Positions 52,512-61,597 of a DNA stretch of 64,000 bases are shown piece after piece. The stretch covers positions 32,001 through 96,000 of the forward strand of contig JBPOFY010000003.1 of assembly GCA_051252375.1 (NCBI GenBank), written 5' to 3'. Both the position numbers and the translations under genes were made by a program. The notes below the pieces were generated by a model. It was not told where the DNA came from and searched no databases. It worked only from the letters and a program-made list of their open reading frames with translations. The number at the start of each line of letters is the position of its first letter. Positions within the stretch are counted from its first letter, which is position 1. Origin of the DNA: Opitutaceae bacterium. Its GTDB lineage: Bacteria; Verrucomicrobiota; Verrucomicrobiia; Opitutales; Coraliomargaritaceae.

Positions 52512-53453
52512 TTGGCTACCTTGATGTGTTTACTCTTTAAATACGGTTCAGTTTTCTTGCTTTGCAGCCTTTGTGTCTCGACTGCGCTGGCGGAGACGGT
52601 GCGTATTGCGACTTACAATGTGCGCAATTATCTGGTGATGGATCGGCATGTGGGTGCGTTTTGGCGTCCTTCCTACCCGAAGCCAGAGAGCGAGAAGTCG
52701 ATGGTGCGCGAGGTCATACGCGATATACGCCCAGATATTCTTGTTTTGCAGGAAATGGGATCTCTTGATTTCTTGGAAGAATTACGAGCTGATTTGAATC
52801 AAGACGGGGTGCACTATCCACACGCTATTCTCATGGATGGACCGGATCCCGATCGTCACGTAGCCATCTTATCGATGATCAGCCCAACGGATGTGAAGAA
52901 GCATGCGCATTTAGACTTTAAATATTTAGAGGGTCGGGAAGTCGTTAAGCGCGGACTTTTAGAGGTTAGTTTTCAATCTGAGAGTGGAGAATTATTTCGG
53001 GTGTTCGGGCTGCATCTAAAAAGTCGTTGGACTGTGGATAAGGCAGACCCTGAATCTGAATTGCGTCGAGTTCGTGAGGCTGAAGCCTGTAGGAATCGAA
53101 TCATTGAGCGCACCGCAAACATGGAAGAGGATCGATTTATTATCGCTGGGGACTTTAATGCACATCCGGGGAGTTCCGCGATGCGGCGCTTTTATCAACG
53201 TGGTAGTTTGGCTATTGGCTCATTGTTACATGCTGCCGATTCTCGCGGCGAGGTGTGGACTTATTTTTACGAGAAAGAAGCCCTCTATCAATCAGTTGAT
53301 GGGTTTGTGCTGTCATCTTCGATAGCACCATATGTTCGGACAGGGAAGGGGAAGATTGCAGACCATCCAGGTGTCTTGACGGGCAGTGATCACCGAATGG
53401 TTTACGCTGACTTTGTATTTGGTTCAGCTACACCTGCTGCAGAATCGAAGTAG
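52512..53453 (+). CDS. Exported endonuclease/exonuclease/phosphatase-family protein
   Basis: ATYNV, LQEM, AGDFN and SDH motifs. Confidence 0.85.
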   Translation: MATLMCLLFKYGSVFLLCSLCVSTALAETVRIATYNVRNYLVMDRHVGAFWRPSYPKPESEKSMVREVIRDIRPDILVLQEMGSLDFLEELRADLNQDGVHYPHAILMDGPDPDRHVAILSMISPTDVKKHAHLDFKYLEGREVVKRGLLEVSFQSESGELFRVFGLHLKSRWTVDKADPESELRRVREAEACRNRIIERTANMEEDRFIIAGDFNAHPGSSAMRRFYQRGSLAIGSLLHAADSRGEVWTYFYEKEALYQSVDGFVLSSSIAPYVRTGKGKIADHPGVLTGSDHRMVYADFVFGSATPAAESK

Positions 53454-53527
53454 ACGCTTCGAAAATTTTATTAATCAGGCTTCCTCTATTGCCAGCAGTC
53501 GATTGATTGCCAAATTTGGCGGGGATT

Positions 53528-54307
53528 ATGGAACTTGTATTTTTAGGCACTGGCACCTCTCAAGGTGTTCCGATGATTGCGCAACCTGAGGGTGGCTGCG
53601 ATTTAGACAACCCGATGAATTGGCGCACGCGGACATCCATACATGTCGAGATGGGCGGGCATTTCATTCAAGTGGATGCGGCTCCAGAGTTCCGCATGCA
53701 GTGTATCCAGAATGAGATTACACAGATCGATACCTTTATCCTGACGCATCCACATTCAGATCATATCTTAGGCATGGATGACTTGCGCCGTTTTTGTGAT
53801 CTCAACGGGGGAGTGGCTTTGCCCGTTTACAGTAGCACGGAGGGGCTTCGACGGGTTCAGGAGATTTTCCCTTATGCCATTATGGACAAACCTGTGGTCA
53901 AAGGGTATCCGGCTTTTAAGTTGGAAGAGATGCCAAAGGAGCTGGAAGTACCAGGCGGTTTAATCGAATCGGTCGTGTTGCCGCATGGCAAGATGGAGGT
54001 GCTGGGCTTGATCTTTACCGAGAAGGACACCGGTAAGAAGTTGGCTTATTTCACCGATTGTAAAGAGGTCGGTGAGGAAGCGCGCTTTTTAGCTGAAGAG
54101 GCTGATGTTGTGGTGCTCGATGGGTTACGCCCAGAGCCGCATCCGTCGCACATGACGGTCGATGAGGCCACGCAAACTGCGATTGAAATGGGTGCGCAAC
54201 TATCGTTTTTGACTCACATGACCTACATGGTCGACCATGAGACGACCGAGGCGAAGTTACCGGACAACATTCGACTTGCCTATGATGGCTTGCGGGTGAG
54301 CTGGTAG
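53528..54307 (+). CDS. MBL-fold hydrolase, PhnP-like
   Basis: FLGTGTSQGVP and THPHSDHILG motifs. Confidence 0.88.
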   Translation: MELVFLGTGTSQGVPMIAQPEGGCDLDNPMNWRTRTSIHVEMGGHFIQVDAAPEFRMQCIQNEITQIDTFILTHPHSDHILGMDDLRRFCDLNGGVALPVYSSTEGLRRVQEIFPYAIMDKPVVKGYPAFKLEEMPKELEVPGGLIESVVLPHGKMEVLGLIFTEKDTGKKLAYFTDCKEVGEEARFLAEEADVVVLDGLRPEPHPSHMTVDEATQTAIEMGAQLSFLTHMTYMVDHETTEAKLPDNIRLAYDGLRVSW

Positions 54308-54351
54308 GTCCGTTCGGTGCGCCCTCACACCATTGTCTGTGCTATTTGAGA

Positions 54352-54453
54352 TGTAGCCACGTCACTCTGTGACGTGTGACGGTTGGTAGTCAGAATGTTC
54401 AGTGGGTTAGATCGCATTGTAAAGAAACACGGCAGGGGACTGCCGTGGCTACA
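54352..54453. repeat. GTAG-type REP doublet
   Basis: TGTAGCCACGTCACTCTGTGACGTG ... CACGGCAGGGGACTGCCGTGGCTACA, an inverted near-copy of the arms at 2344-2428. Confidence 0.85.
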
Positions 54454-54615
54454 GCTTGGTTATATGGATGTTGCCACTTCACTCTGCAATCTGAGCTTGG
54501 CGAAGTGTCGCAACCGTCGATGGTTGGATGCATTTAGCCGTTTCTGCGGCAATGACGGAGCATTGCCCTCCAAATTATACGTCCAAATATTTTAGGACAG
54601 CGGTCTGTCGAAGAC

Positions 54616-55581
54616 TTACGCTTCAGCAAAGATACCGAGGTTACGGAACTTGTTGTAGCGATCATCGAGTAGCTTCTTCAGGCTCTTCTTTTCCATTATG
54701 GAAAGAGAGTCCGTGATGGCTTCCTTTAGATTTTTGGCTGCTGCCTCGTGATCACGATGGGCACCGCCGAGTGGCTCTTTTATGATGCGGTCAACGACTT
54801 TGAAAGTTTTCAGGTGCTCTGGGCTAAAGCGAAGGGCGTCTGCAGCTTTTGGAGCCGCCGCGCGGTCTTTCCATAGAATCGCAGCACAACCTTCGGGGGA
54901 AATGACGGAATAGTAGCTGTTTTCCATGATCATGACTTCGTCGGCTACGGCCATACCAAGTGCACCGCCAGAACCACCTTCGCCGATGACGATCGTAACG
55001 ATGGGAACCTTCAGTGCGCTCATGTCGCGTATATTGACCGCAATTGCCTCGGCGACGTGGCGCTCTTCGGCGCCGATGCCAGGATATGCGCCCGGTGTGT
55101 CAATCAAGGTGATGACGGGCATTTTGAATTTTTCGGCCATCTCCATCAGGCGCATCGCCTTACGATATCCTTCTGGGTGAGGGCAGCCGAAGTTGCGTTT
55201 CAAATTGTCGCGTGTATTACGACCTTTTTGCTGGCCGATGACCATGACGGGCTTGCCATCTAAAAAGGCTGGACCGCCGACAATGGCAGCATCTTCGCGG
55301 AAACGGCGGTCGCCATGAAGTTCTTCAAAATCCGTAAAGATCAGACCGATGTAATCGAGTGAGTAGGGGCGCTTTGGGTGACGCGAAAGCTGCACGCGCT
55401 GCCAAGCAGTAAGGTTTAAATAAATTTCCGCTTTGGTGTTTTCGATCTTTTGCTCGATCGCAGCGATCTCATTGCTGACGTCGACTTTCGACTCGTCCGA
55501 GACGGTGCGTAATGTGATTAACTGTTTTTCCAGTTCACGTAGTGGTTTTTCAAATTCGAGGGTGTATGTAACATCTTCCAT
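54616..55581 (-). CDS. accA: Acetyl-CoA carboxylase carboxyltransferase alpha
   Basis: RHPKRP, DTPGAYPG, EGGSGGAL and ISPEGCA motifs. Confidence 0.96.
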   Translation of the reverse strand: MEDVTYTLEFEKPLRELEKQLITLRTVSDESKVDVSNEIAAIEQKIENTKAEIYLNLTAWQRVQLSRHPKRPYSLDYIGLIFTDFEELHGDRRFREDAAIVGGPAFLDGKPVMVIGQQKGRNTRDNLKRNFGCPHPEGYRKAMRLMEMAEKFKMPVITLIDTPGAYPGIGAEERHVAEAIAVNIRDMSALKVPIVTIVIGEGGSGGALGMAVADEVMIMENSYYSVISPEGCAAILWKDRAAAPKAADALRFSPEHLKTFKVVDRIIKEPLGGAHRDHEAAAKNLKEAITDSLSIMEKKSLKKLLDDRYNKFRNLGIFAEA

Positions 55582-55738
55582 GTGCTGTAGATTTAGGAGG
55601 TGTGATTCCTGCCTGTCAATGCCGCGAATACCATCAGGCGATGCGAATTCTGGTCGGTTAGTGACTGCTGTTTGAGGGCGGGATGCTGCTTAAGTTGTTG
55701 GTAGTAAGTTTGTTATTTTTTTGGGCAATGTTTTACCT

Positions 55739-56101
55739 TTAATCTAAGTCCGTTTTGGCCTCTGGAGGTGATTTGAGTTCATCTTTCCAGCCAAGCATAC
55801 GTGCTTGAGCACCAAACTGTTCTGCTTGTGGTTTGTCACCTTTTTCCATCCAAATACGGGAGAGGCTGGTGTTGATGTGGATGTCGTCGGGACTGAGCGT
55901 ATGGGCTGCATTGCCGGCTTCTAGCGCGGCATCGTAGTTGCCTTCGGAGAAATAGACTTCGGTCAGTGCGTGCCATGCGGCAAAAGAATCGGGGTGTTGG
56001 GCTACAATAGCTTGCAGCTTTTCGATGGCTGCTGCGCTTTCGCCCAGGGTGAAGTTTAGCGTGGCGTCGTCGATTTGATCCTGCAGTGAAGTGTCGTTCA
56101 T
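55739..56101 (-). CDS. Small TPR protein
   Basis: TPR-like helices; ATG at 56101. Confidence 0.7.
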   Translation of the reverse strand: MNDTSLQDQIDDATLNFTLGESAAAIEKLQAIVAQHPDSFAAWHALTEVYFSEGNYDAALEAGNAAHTLSPDDIHINTSLSRIWMEKGDKPQAEQFGAQARMLGWKDELKSPPEAKTDLD

Positions 56102-56162
56102 GGTTTCTTTTGTGTTGCTCTGTCTTGGAGTCAGTTTTGAGTGATGTAGAGTTATCTCACTT

Positions 56163-56867
56163 ATGTCTGACCCGCAAATCGAAAAGCTTCTAATCGTCCA
56201 GGACCGCGACACATCGCTTCAAAAAATTGAGCAGGAACTCACTCGCATTCCGAATGAGCGTGCTTCAATTGAAAAGCTGATCCAGCAGGAAGAGGCGAAT
56301 GTCGAGGAGGCGCGGCACGCGCTCAAAGAGAAAGAGGTGCAACGCCATGAGTTGGATGTCGATGTGAAGGCGAGCGAAAGCACGATTCAGCGTTTTCGGA
56401 CGCAGCAGCTCGAAGTTAAAAAGAACGAGGAGTATCGCGCCTTGACCCATCAGATTGAGCAACTGGAGACTGAAATCGGTGAGATGGAAGAAAAGGAGAT
56501 CGAGCTCATGTTAGAGATCGATGAAACCAAGGAGATTTTTGAAGCAGAACGCGCAGTGATTGAAGCACGTATTGAAGCGCAACGCCAAGAAATTGTGCTG
56601 CTTGGAGAGCGTGAAGAAAATTTAAAAGCTTCGATTGATGATGCGAAGGCAGCGTTGGCTGAATCGCGGTCTGCGGCGGAGGTAAGCTATCTGGAGCAGT
56701 ATGACCGAGTTAAACAGCTGACGAGTCGCCCACCTTATGTAGCGCCGATTGAAAACCATGTTTGTGGTGGTTGTCACCTTCGTGTCTCGAATGAAGTTTC
56801 CAAAGAAGCGACGAATGCCGGTGAACCGCATTTTTGTGATCAGTGCGCTCGTATCGTTTATGCCTAA
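56163..56867 (+). CDS. Coiled-coil C4 zinc-ribbon protein (CT398/DUF164-like)
   Basis: Long coiled coil followed by CGGCH...CDQC. Confidence 0.85.
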   Translation: MSDPQIEKLLIVQDRDTSLQKIEQELTRIPNERASIEKLIQQEEANVEEARHALKEKEVQRHELDVDVKASESTIQRFRTQQLEVKKNEEYRALTHQIEQLETEIGEMEEKEIELMLEIDETKEIFEAERAVIEARIEAQRQEIVLLGEREENLKASIDDAKAALAESRSAAEVSYLEQYDRVKQLTSRPPYVAPIENHVCGGCHLRVSNEVSKEATNAGEPHFCDQCARIVYA

Positions 56868-56909
56868 CATATCGCTGCCATTGCGTTGAAGCATGGTTTT
56901 TAAATTTAG

Positions 56910-59240
56910 ATGAAAGTCGTTCTTGCGGAAAAGCCTTCGGTTGCACGGGACATTGCGAAGTATCTCGGTGCGACGAGTCAGGGGAAGGGCTTCCTCCGGA
57001 ATGATGAGTGGACAGTTACTTGGGCCTTTGGGCACATGGTCGAGCTGCAGGAACCGGAAGAATATAACCCAAAGTGGAAATCTTGGCGGCTCAGTAATTT
57101 ACCGATCATTCCTCAGGACTTTAAACTGCGGACGCGGAAAGACGGATCGGCGCATGAGCAATTAATGACGATTAAGGCGCTCTTTGAAGAGGCCGATGAA
57201 ATCGTTTGTGCGACTGACGCAGGTCGAGAAGGGGAGCTGATCTTTCGATATATATTAACTTGGGCGCAATGTGAGTCGAAGCCTTGTAAGCGGCTGTGGA
57301 TCAGTTCGCTGACAGAATCGGCCATCGAGAAAGGCTTTAGCAAATTGGCACCGAGTGAATCATACGATCGCCTGTATCAGGCAGCCAAGTGTCGGAGTGA
57401 GGCGGATTGGATTGTTGGGCTCAATGCGACTCGCTTCTTTACTGTCGAGTATGGTCAGCGAAATCTACTGCTCAGCTTAGGACGTGTGCAGACACCAATT
57501 TTGGCGATGATTGTGAACCGCGACCTAGAGATCGATTTCTTTAAGCCGAGGGATTTTTGGGAGGTGCATACGCTGTGTTGTGGCGCGAAGTTTAAACACA
57601 CCGATGGCAAGTTTGAGGATAAGACCAAGGCTGAGACGATCATCGAGAAGGTCAGTGGGCAACCACTCGTCGTGCAGTCGATTTCTCAAAAGAACGAAAA
57701 GTCGAATCCGCCGCAGCTGTATGATCTCACCTCACTGCAGCAGGACATGAATAAGCGTTTCGGGTTTACGGCGGATCAGACGTTGAAGCTGGCTCAGACC
57801 CTTTATGAAAGTAAGCACTTAACCTATCCGCGAACAGATAGCCGCTACCTCAGTAGTGATATTGAGCCGACGATTCAGCCGCTGCTTGAAGCGCTGCGTC
57901 GAATCAAACCGCACGAAATTGCAGGCTTAGACCTCGGTCAGCTCACGTTCACGAAGCGGATCGTCGACGACAAAAAGGTGTCGGATCACCATGCCATCAT
58001 ACCGACCGAGGTATTGGGAGATCGTCTTAGCGGGGATGAGCGTAAGTTGTATGATGCGGTCGTGACTCGTTTAATCGCGGTCTTTTATCCACCGTGTATT
58101 AAAGCCGTCACTGTGGTGGAAGCGGTCGCTGCGGAGGAACTTTTTCGAGCACGAGGAAAAGTCCTTGTTGATGCGGGTTGGCAAGCACTCTACGCCAAGG
58201 ATACTCCGGATAAGGCAGAAGAGTCTGACGATGAAGGCACGCAGGACTTACCTGAATTTAAAGAGGGCGAGAGCCACTCGCATGAACCAGCCTTGCCGCA
58301 GTTTAAGACTTCTGCGCCAAAGCGTTTCAATGAGGCGACTTTGCTGCAGTTGATGGAGACCGCTGGTAAAATCGTTGACGACGAAGACTTGAAAGAAGCG
58401 CTGAAAGATAAAGGTGTGGGCACACCCGCGACACGCGCCTCGATCATAGAGGTTTTGATTCAGCGGCAATATATTGAACGCAAGGGGAAGAGCCTGTTGA
58501 GCACCGAGTCCGGTCGCGGCTTGATCTCATTGATCCAGGATGAGCGTTTGAAATCGCCAGAGTTGACTGGTGACTGGGAGTTCCGGTTGAAGCAAGTCGA
58601 GCGCGGCGAATATGATCCGGCGCAATTCATGTCGGAAGTCGCTGATTACACGCGTGAGATTTTACAATGCACCGCAGACAAGACGATTGATTTGGCGAAT
58701 CTTGGACCATGCCCGATTTGTAATGCACCAGTTATGAAGGGGCGCACGGCATATGGTTGTTCGGATTGGAAGCAGGGGTGCAAATTTGTTTTGGCTGCCG
58801 AAGTGTGGGGCTTGACGTTGTCGCCTCAGCTCGCGCGCGAAATACTGACACATAAACGTAGTTTAACGCCGCATCCGATTACGGTGAAAAAGCAAAAGCT
58901 ATTTGCCACGCTTCGCTTGGATAAGAAGGGCAAACTACATCACGACATCGCCGAGGTGGAAAAGAAGGAAGCCGCGCAAGATGCGCTAGGGACTTGCCCG
59001 ACTTGCGGTGGTGATATCGTTGTCGGCGCGAAAGCATATGGTTGTTCCAACTGGCGTAATGGCTGCAAGTTCGTTATCTGGAAAACGATCGCTCAGCGTG
59101 AAATTCCGACGGAGGTCGCGCAGCAGTTGCTCGATGCCGGGACTACCGAAATGCTCAGTGGTTTTAAGTCGAAAGCTGGCAAGGATTTTGAGGCCAAGTT
59201 GAAGGTTGTCGCTGGTGAGGTGAAGTTCGACTTCAATTAG
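56910..59240 (+). CDS. topB: DNA topoisomerase III
   Basis: AEKPSVA, ATDAGREGE, GRVQTP and TYPRTDS motifs; C-terminal zinc ribbons. Confidence 0.92.
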   Translation: MKVVLAEKPSVARDIAKYLGATSQGKGFLRNDEWTVTWAFGHMVELQEPEEYNPKWKSWRLSNLPIIPQDFKLRTRKDGSAHEQLMTIKALFEEADEIVCATDAGREGELIFRYILTWAQCESKPCKRLWISSLTESAIEKGFSKLAPSESYDRLYQAAKCRSEADWIVGLNATRFFTVEYGQRNLLLSLGRVQTPILAMIVNRDLEIDFFKPRDFWEVHTLCCGAKFKHTDGKFEDKTKAETIIEKVSGQPLVVQSISQKNEKSNPPQLYDLTSLQQDMNKRFGFTADQTLKLAQTLYESKHLTYPRTDSRYLSSDIEPTIQPLLEALRRIKPHEIAGLDLGQLTFTKRIVDDKKVSDHHAIIPTEVLGDRLSGDERKLYDAVVTRLIAVFYPPCIKAVTVVEAVAAEELFRARGKVLVDAGWQALYAKDTPDKAEESDDEGTQDLPEFKEGESHSHEPALPQFKTSAPKRFNEATLLQLMETAGKIVDDEDLKEALKDKGVGTPATRASIIEVLIQRQYIERKGKSLLSTESGRGLISLIQDERLKSPELTGDWEFRLKQVERGEYDPAQFMSEVADYTREILQCTADKTIDLANLGPCPICNAPVMKGRTAYGCSDWKQGCKFVLAAEVWGLTLSPQLAREILTHKRSLTPHPITVKKQKLFATLRLDKKGKLHHDIAEVEKKEAAQDALGTCPTCGGDIVVGAKAYGCSNWRNGCKFVIWKTIAQREIPTEVAQQLLDAGTTEMLSGFKSKAGKDFEAKLKVVAGEVKFDFN

Positions 59241-59318
59241 ACTGAAGCTGCGATAGGAGGCGGGAAATCGAATAGAGTCTACGTTTGATCTTTGATGATA
59301 CTGGATCATGCTGAGGCT

Positions 59319-59957
59319 ATGAAATTATTCATCAGCGCTTCGATTCTTTGCTCAGTTTTGTTTCTTTCTGGTTGTCAGTCGGTCTATTACGCATCGATGG
59401 AAAAACTAGGCATTGAGAAGCGTGAGATCTTGTCGGATCGGGTCGAGTCGGCACGAGATGAGCAGCAAGACGCTAAAGAGACTTTTGCGGATGCGCTGGA
59501 AGCGTTTACCGCAGTGACTGAATATAACGGTGGTGAGCTAGAGGCCATCTACGACAAATTGAACTCTGCCTATAAAGATAGCATAGCTGCTGCTGAGCGT
59601 GTGACTGATCGGATCGATAAAGTGCAGTCTGTAGGCGACGCTTTATTCGATGAGTGGACGCGTGAACTGGATGCGTATAGCAGTGAGAGTCTACGTCGAT
59701 CGAGTGAAGCATCGCTACGCGAAACAAAGACCGAGTATGGCGTGTTATTGCGCAAGATGCGTGCTGCGGAGAAGAGTATGTCGCCGGTATTGGAGCTCTT
59801 TGAAGACCAAGTATTATATTTGAAGCACAATCTCAACTCCCGTGCCATTGCGGCGCTCGATGCGGAGGTTGCTCAGATCGAAGATCGTGTGCAGTCGCTA
59901 GTGAAGGAGATGGAAATTTCGATCGCTGAGGCAGACTCGTTTATTCGGACGCTTTAA
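59319..59957 (+). CDS. DUF2959-family lipoprotein
   Basis: LSGC lipobox; KREIL...VLYLKHNLN. Confidence 0.8.
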   Translation: MKLFISASILCSVLFLSGCQSVYYASMEKLGIEKREILSDRVESARDEQQDAKETFADALEAFTAVTEYNGGELEAIYDKLNSAYKDSIAAAERVTDRIDKVQSVGDALFDEWTRELDAYSSESLRRSSEASLRETKTEYGVLLRKMRAAEKSMSPVLELFEDQVLYLKHNLNSRAIAALDAEVAQIEDRVQSLVKEMEISIAEADSFIRTL

Positions 59958-60793
59958 GTTCGGCTTTCTAGTAAGCGGATAAGCGAAACAAAGTCATCTT
60001 CGCCGTAGCCGCTGTTCTCGGCTTTCTCTAGACGTTTACAGGTTTCCTTTAAAATAGGGAGCTCTTGTTCGCTGCTCAACTGAGCCAGTCGCATATCTTT
60101 ATGCATGTTCTTGATCGAGAACTGTGGCGTATAGTCGGCGTTACGAAGTTTGGGTTCTTTGAGCTTTGCCAATCCCGACCATGCGGCATTATATTTCATC
60201 ACTTCGAAATAGGTGTCATCTGCAATGCCTGCACTGCGAGCCATGTGGATGCTCTCGCTGAGTGCTTCGGTCATGGCAGCAAGTTGTAGGTTCATAGAAA
60301 GCTTGATCGTTGCCGCTTGTTTTGGCGTGCCGATTTCAAACTGCTGAGCTGAGATGTGGCGGAGCATAGGTTTTACCCGTGCTCGGACTGTCGGCTCACC
60401 GCCCAAGAAGAACACGGTCTTGCGTTCTTCTGCCGCTGGTTTGCTTCCGGTAAAAGGAGCTTCGACATAGCTGGCTCCGGTAGCTTGCACACGCTTGGCA
60501 ATGCGCTCTGCGCTGATGCTATCGATTGTGGATGATTGCATCACGCAGTGGCTAGCGTTGAGGAATGGCTCCAGTTGGTCGAGGACTGCTTCGACTGAAG
60601 CCGCATCGTAGAGACAAATTTGGAGTAGGGTGGCTTGTTGAGCGCACTTTTCTAATGAGCACTGCAAGAGATCGAGCTTTGGCTTTTCTGTCCGATTCCA
60701 AGAGGCGACGAGGCAATCATCTGTTTTATAGTGGGCGGCCCATATCGAACCAATGAGTCCGAGGCCAATGACAGCTATTTTTTCTGAATCCAT
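59954..60793 (-). CDS. NAD(P)-dependent beta-hydroxyacid dehydrogenase family
   Basis: IGLGLIG, EAPFTGS and MHKD motifs. Confidence 0.85.
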   Translation of the reverse strand: MDSEKIAVIGLGLIGSIWAAHYKTDDCLVASWNRTEKPKLDLLQCSLEKCAQQATLLQICLYDAASVEAVLDQLEPFLNASHCVMQSSTIDSISAERIAKRVQATGASYVEAPFTGSKPAAEERKTVFFLGGEPTVRARVKPMLRHISAQQFEIGTPKQAATIKLSMNLQLAAMTEALSESIHMARSAGIADDTYFEVMKYNAAWSGLAKLKEPKLRNADYTPQFSIKNMHKDMRLAQLSSEQELPILKETCKRLEKAENSGYGEDDFVSLIRLLESRT

Positions 60794-60883
60794 GCGCGTA
60801 GGATAGTTGGAATTGCATCTTTTTCCAGTGTTTTACCGAAATCAGATTGAATCGTTGCTTTTGAACGAGTGTGATTGGCAGGT

Positions 60884-61531
60884 ATGAAAATCTTATGCCC
60901 CACCTGTAAGACTGAAATCCCAGCGACTGACATTAACATCGGCAAGGGAATTGCTCACTGTAAGCCGTGTAATGAGATCGTGGACGTCACTTCTTTTCAG
61001 ACAAGCGCTGAAGACATCGCGCTGGTCGAGAAACCAAGTTGGAGTCGCATTGAGTCTTTTGTGGATACAGATGATATGGGTGTGATTTTTCCTCCCTTAG
61101 GTTTTCGAGGAGTCACTTTATTTTTCTTAGTGTTCTCTTTGTTTTGGAATGCGATCAGTTGGATTGGGTTCATCAGCGCGTTGAAAGCGGGTGAGCTTGG
61201 AGGGATACTGTTCTTGATCCCATTTATAGCGATCGGCTTGATTACTTTCGGTGTGTTTCTCTATCTACTGAAGGTGGAAGTCGCTCTGCTGATTAACCGA
61301 GAAACGGTGACGCTGTCCCGGACGATTTTTGGAAAATCATTTACCAAGGTCCGGACCTTTCAGGGCTTGAACAGAGTTGAAAGGGTAGAGTGTTATCGAA
61401 GTAATGATCGACCCGTTTACGGAGTCGGTTTGAACTTCGCGGATGAAAAACCATTGAAGTTTGGCTCCAATTTAAAAGAAGAAGAGAAGGACTGGATTTT
61501 GTCTGAGATCACTCGCTTCTGGAAAAGCTGA
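60884..61531 (+). CDS. Hypothetical membrane protein with an N-terminal zinc ribbon
   Basis: CPTC...CKPC followed by two TM helices. Confidence 0.7.
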   Translation: MKILCPTCKTEIPATDINIGKGIAHCKPCNEIVDVTSFQTSAEDIALVEKPSWSRIESFVDTDDMGVIFPPLGFRGVTLFFLVFSLFWNAISWIGFISALKAGELGGILFLIPFIAIGLITFGVFLYLLKVEVALLINRETVTLSRTIFGKSFTKVRTFQGLNRVERVECYRSNDRPVYGVGLNFADEKPLKFGSNLKEEEKDWILSEITRFWKS

Positions 61532-61548
61532 TTCGTCCACCGGTTCAC

Positions 61549-61579
61549 AAAAAAGGCCGCTCATTGCTGAGCGGCCTTT
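61549..61579. terminator. Terminator after gyrA (possibly bidirectional)
   Basis: AAAAAAGGCCGCTCA-TTGC-TGAGCGGCCTTT. Confidence 0.8.
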
Positions 61580-61597
61580 GAAATTTATTGAAGCGGA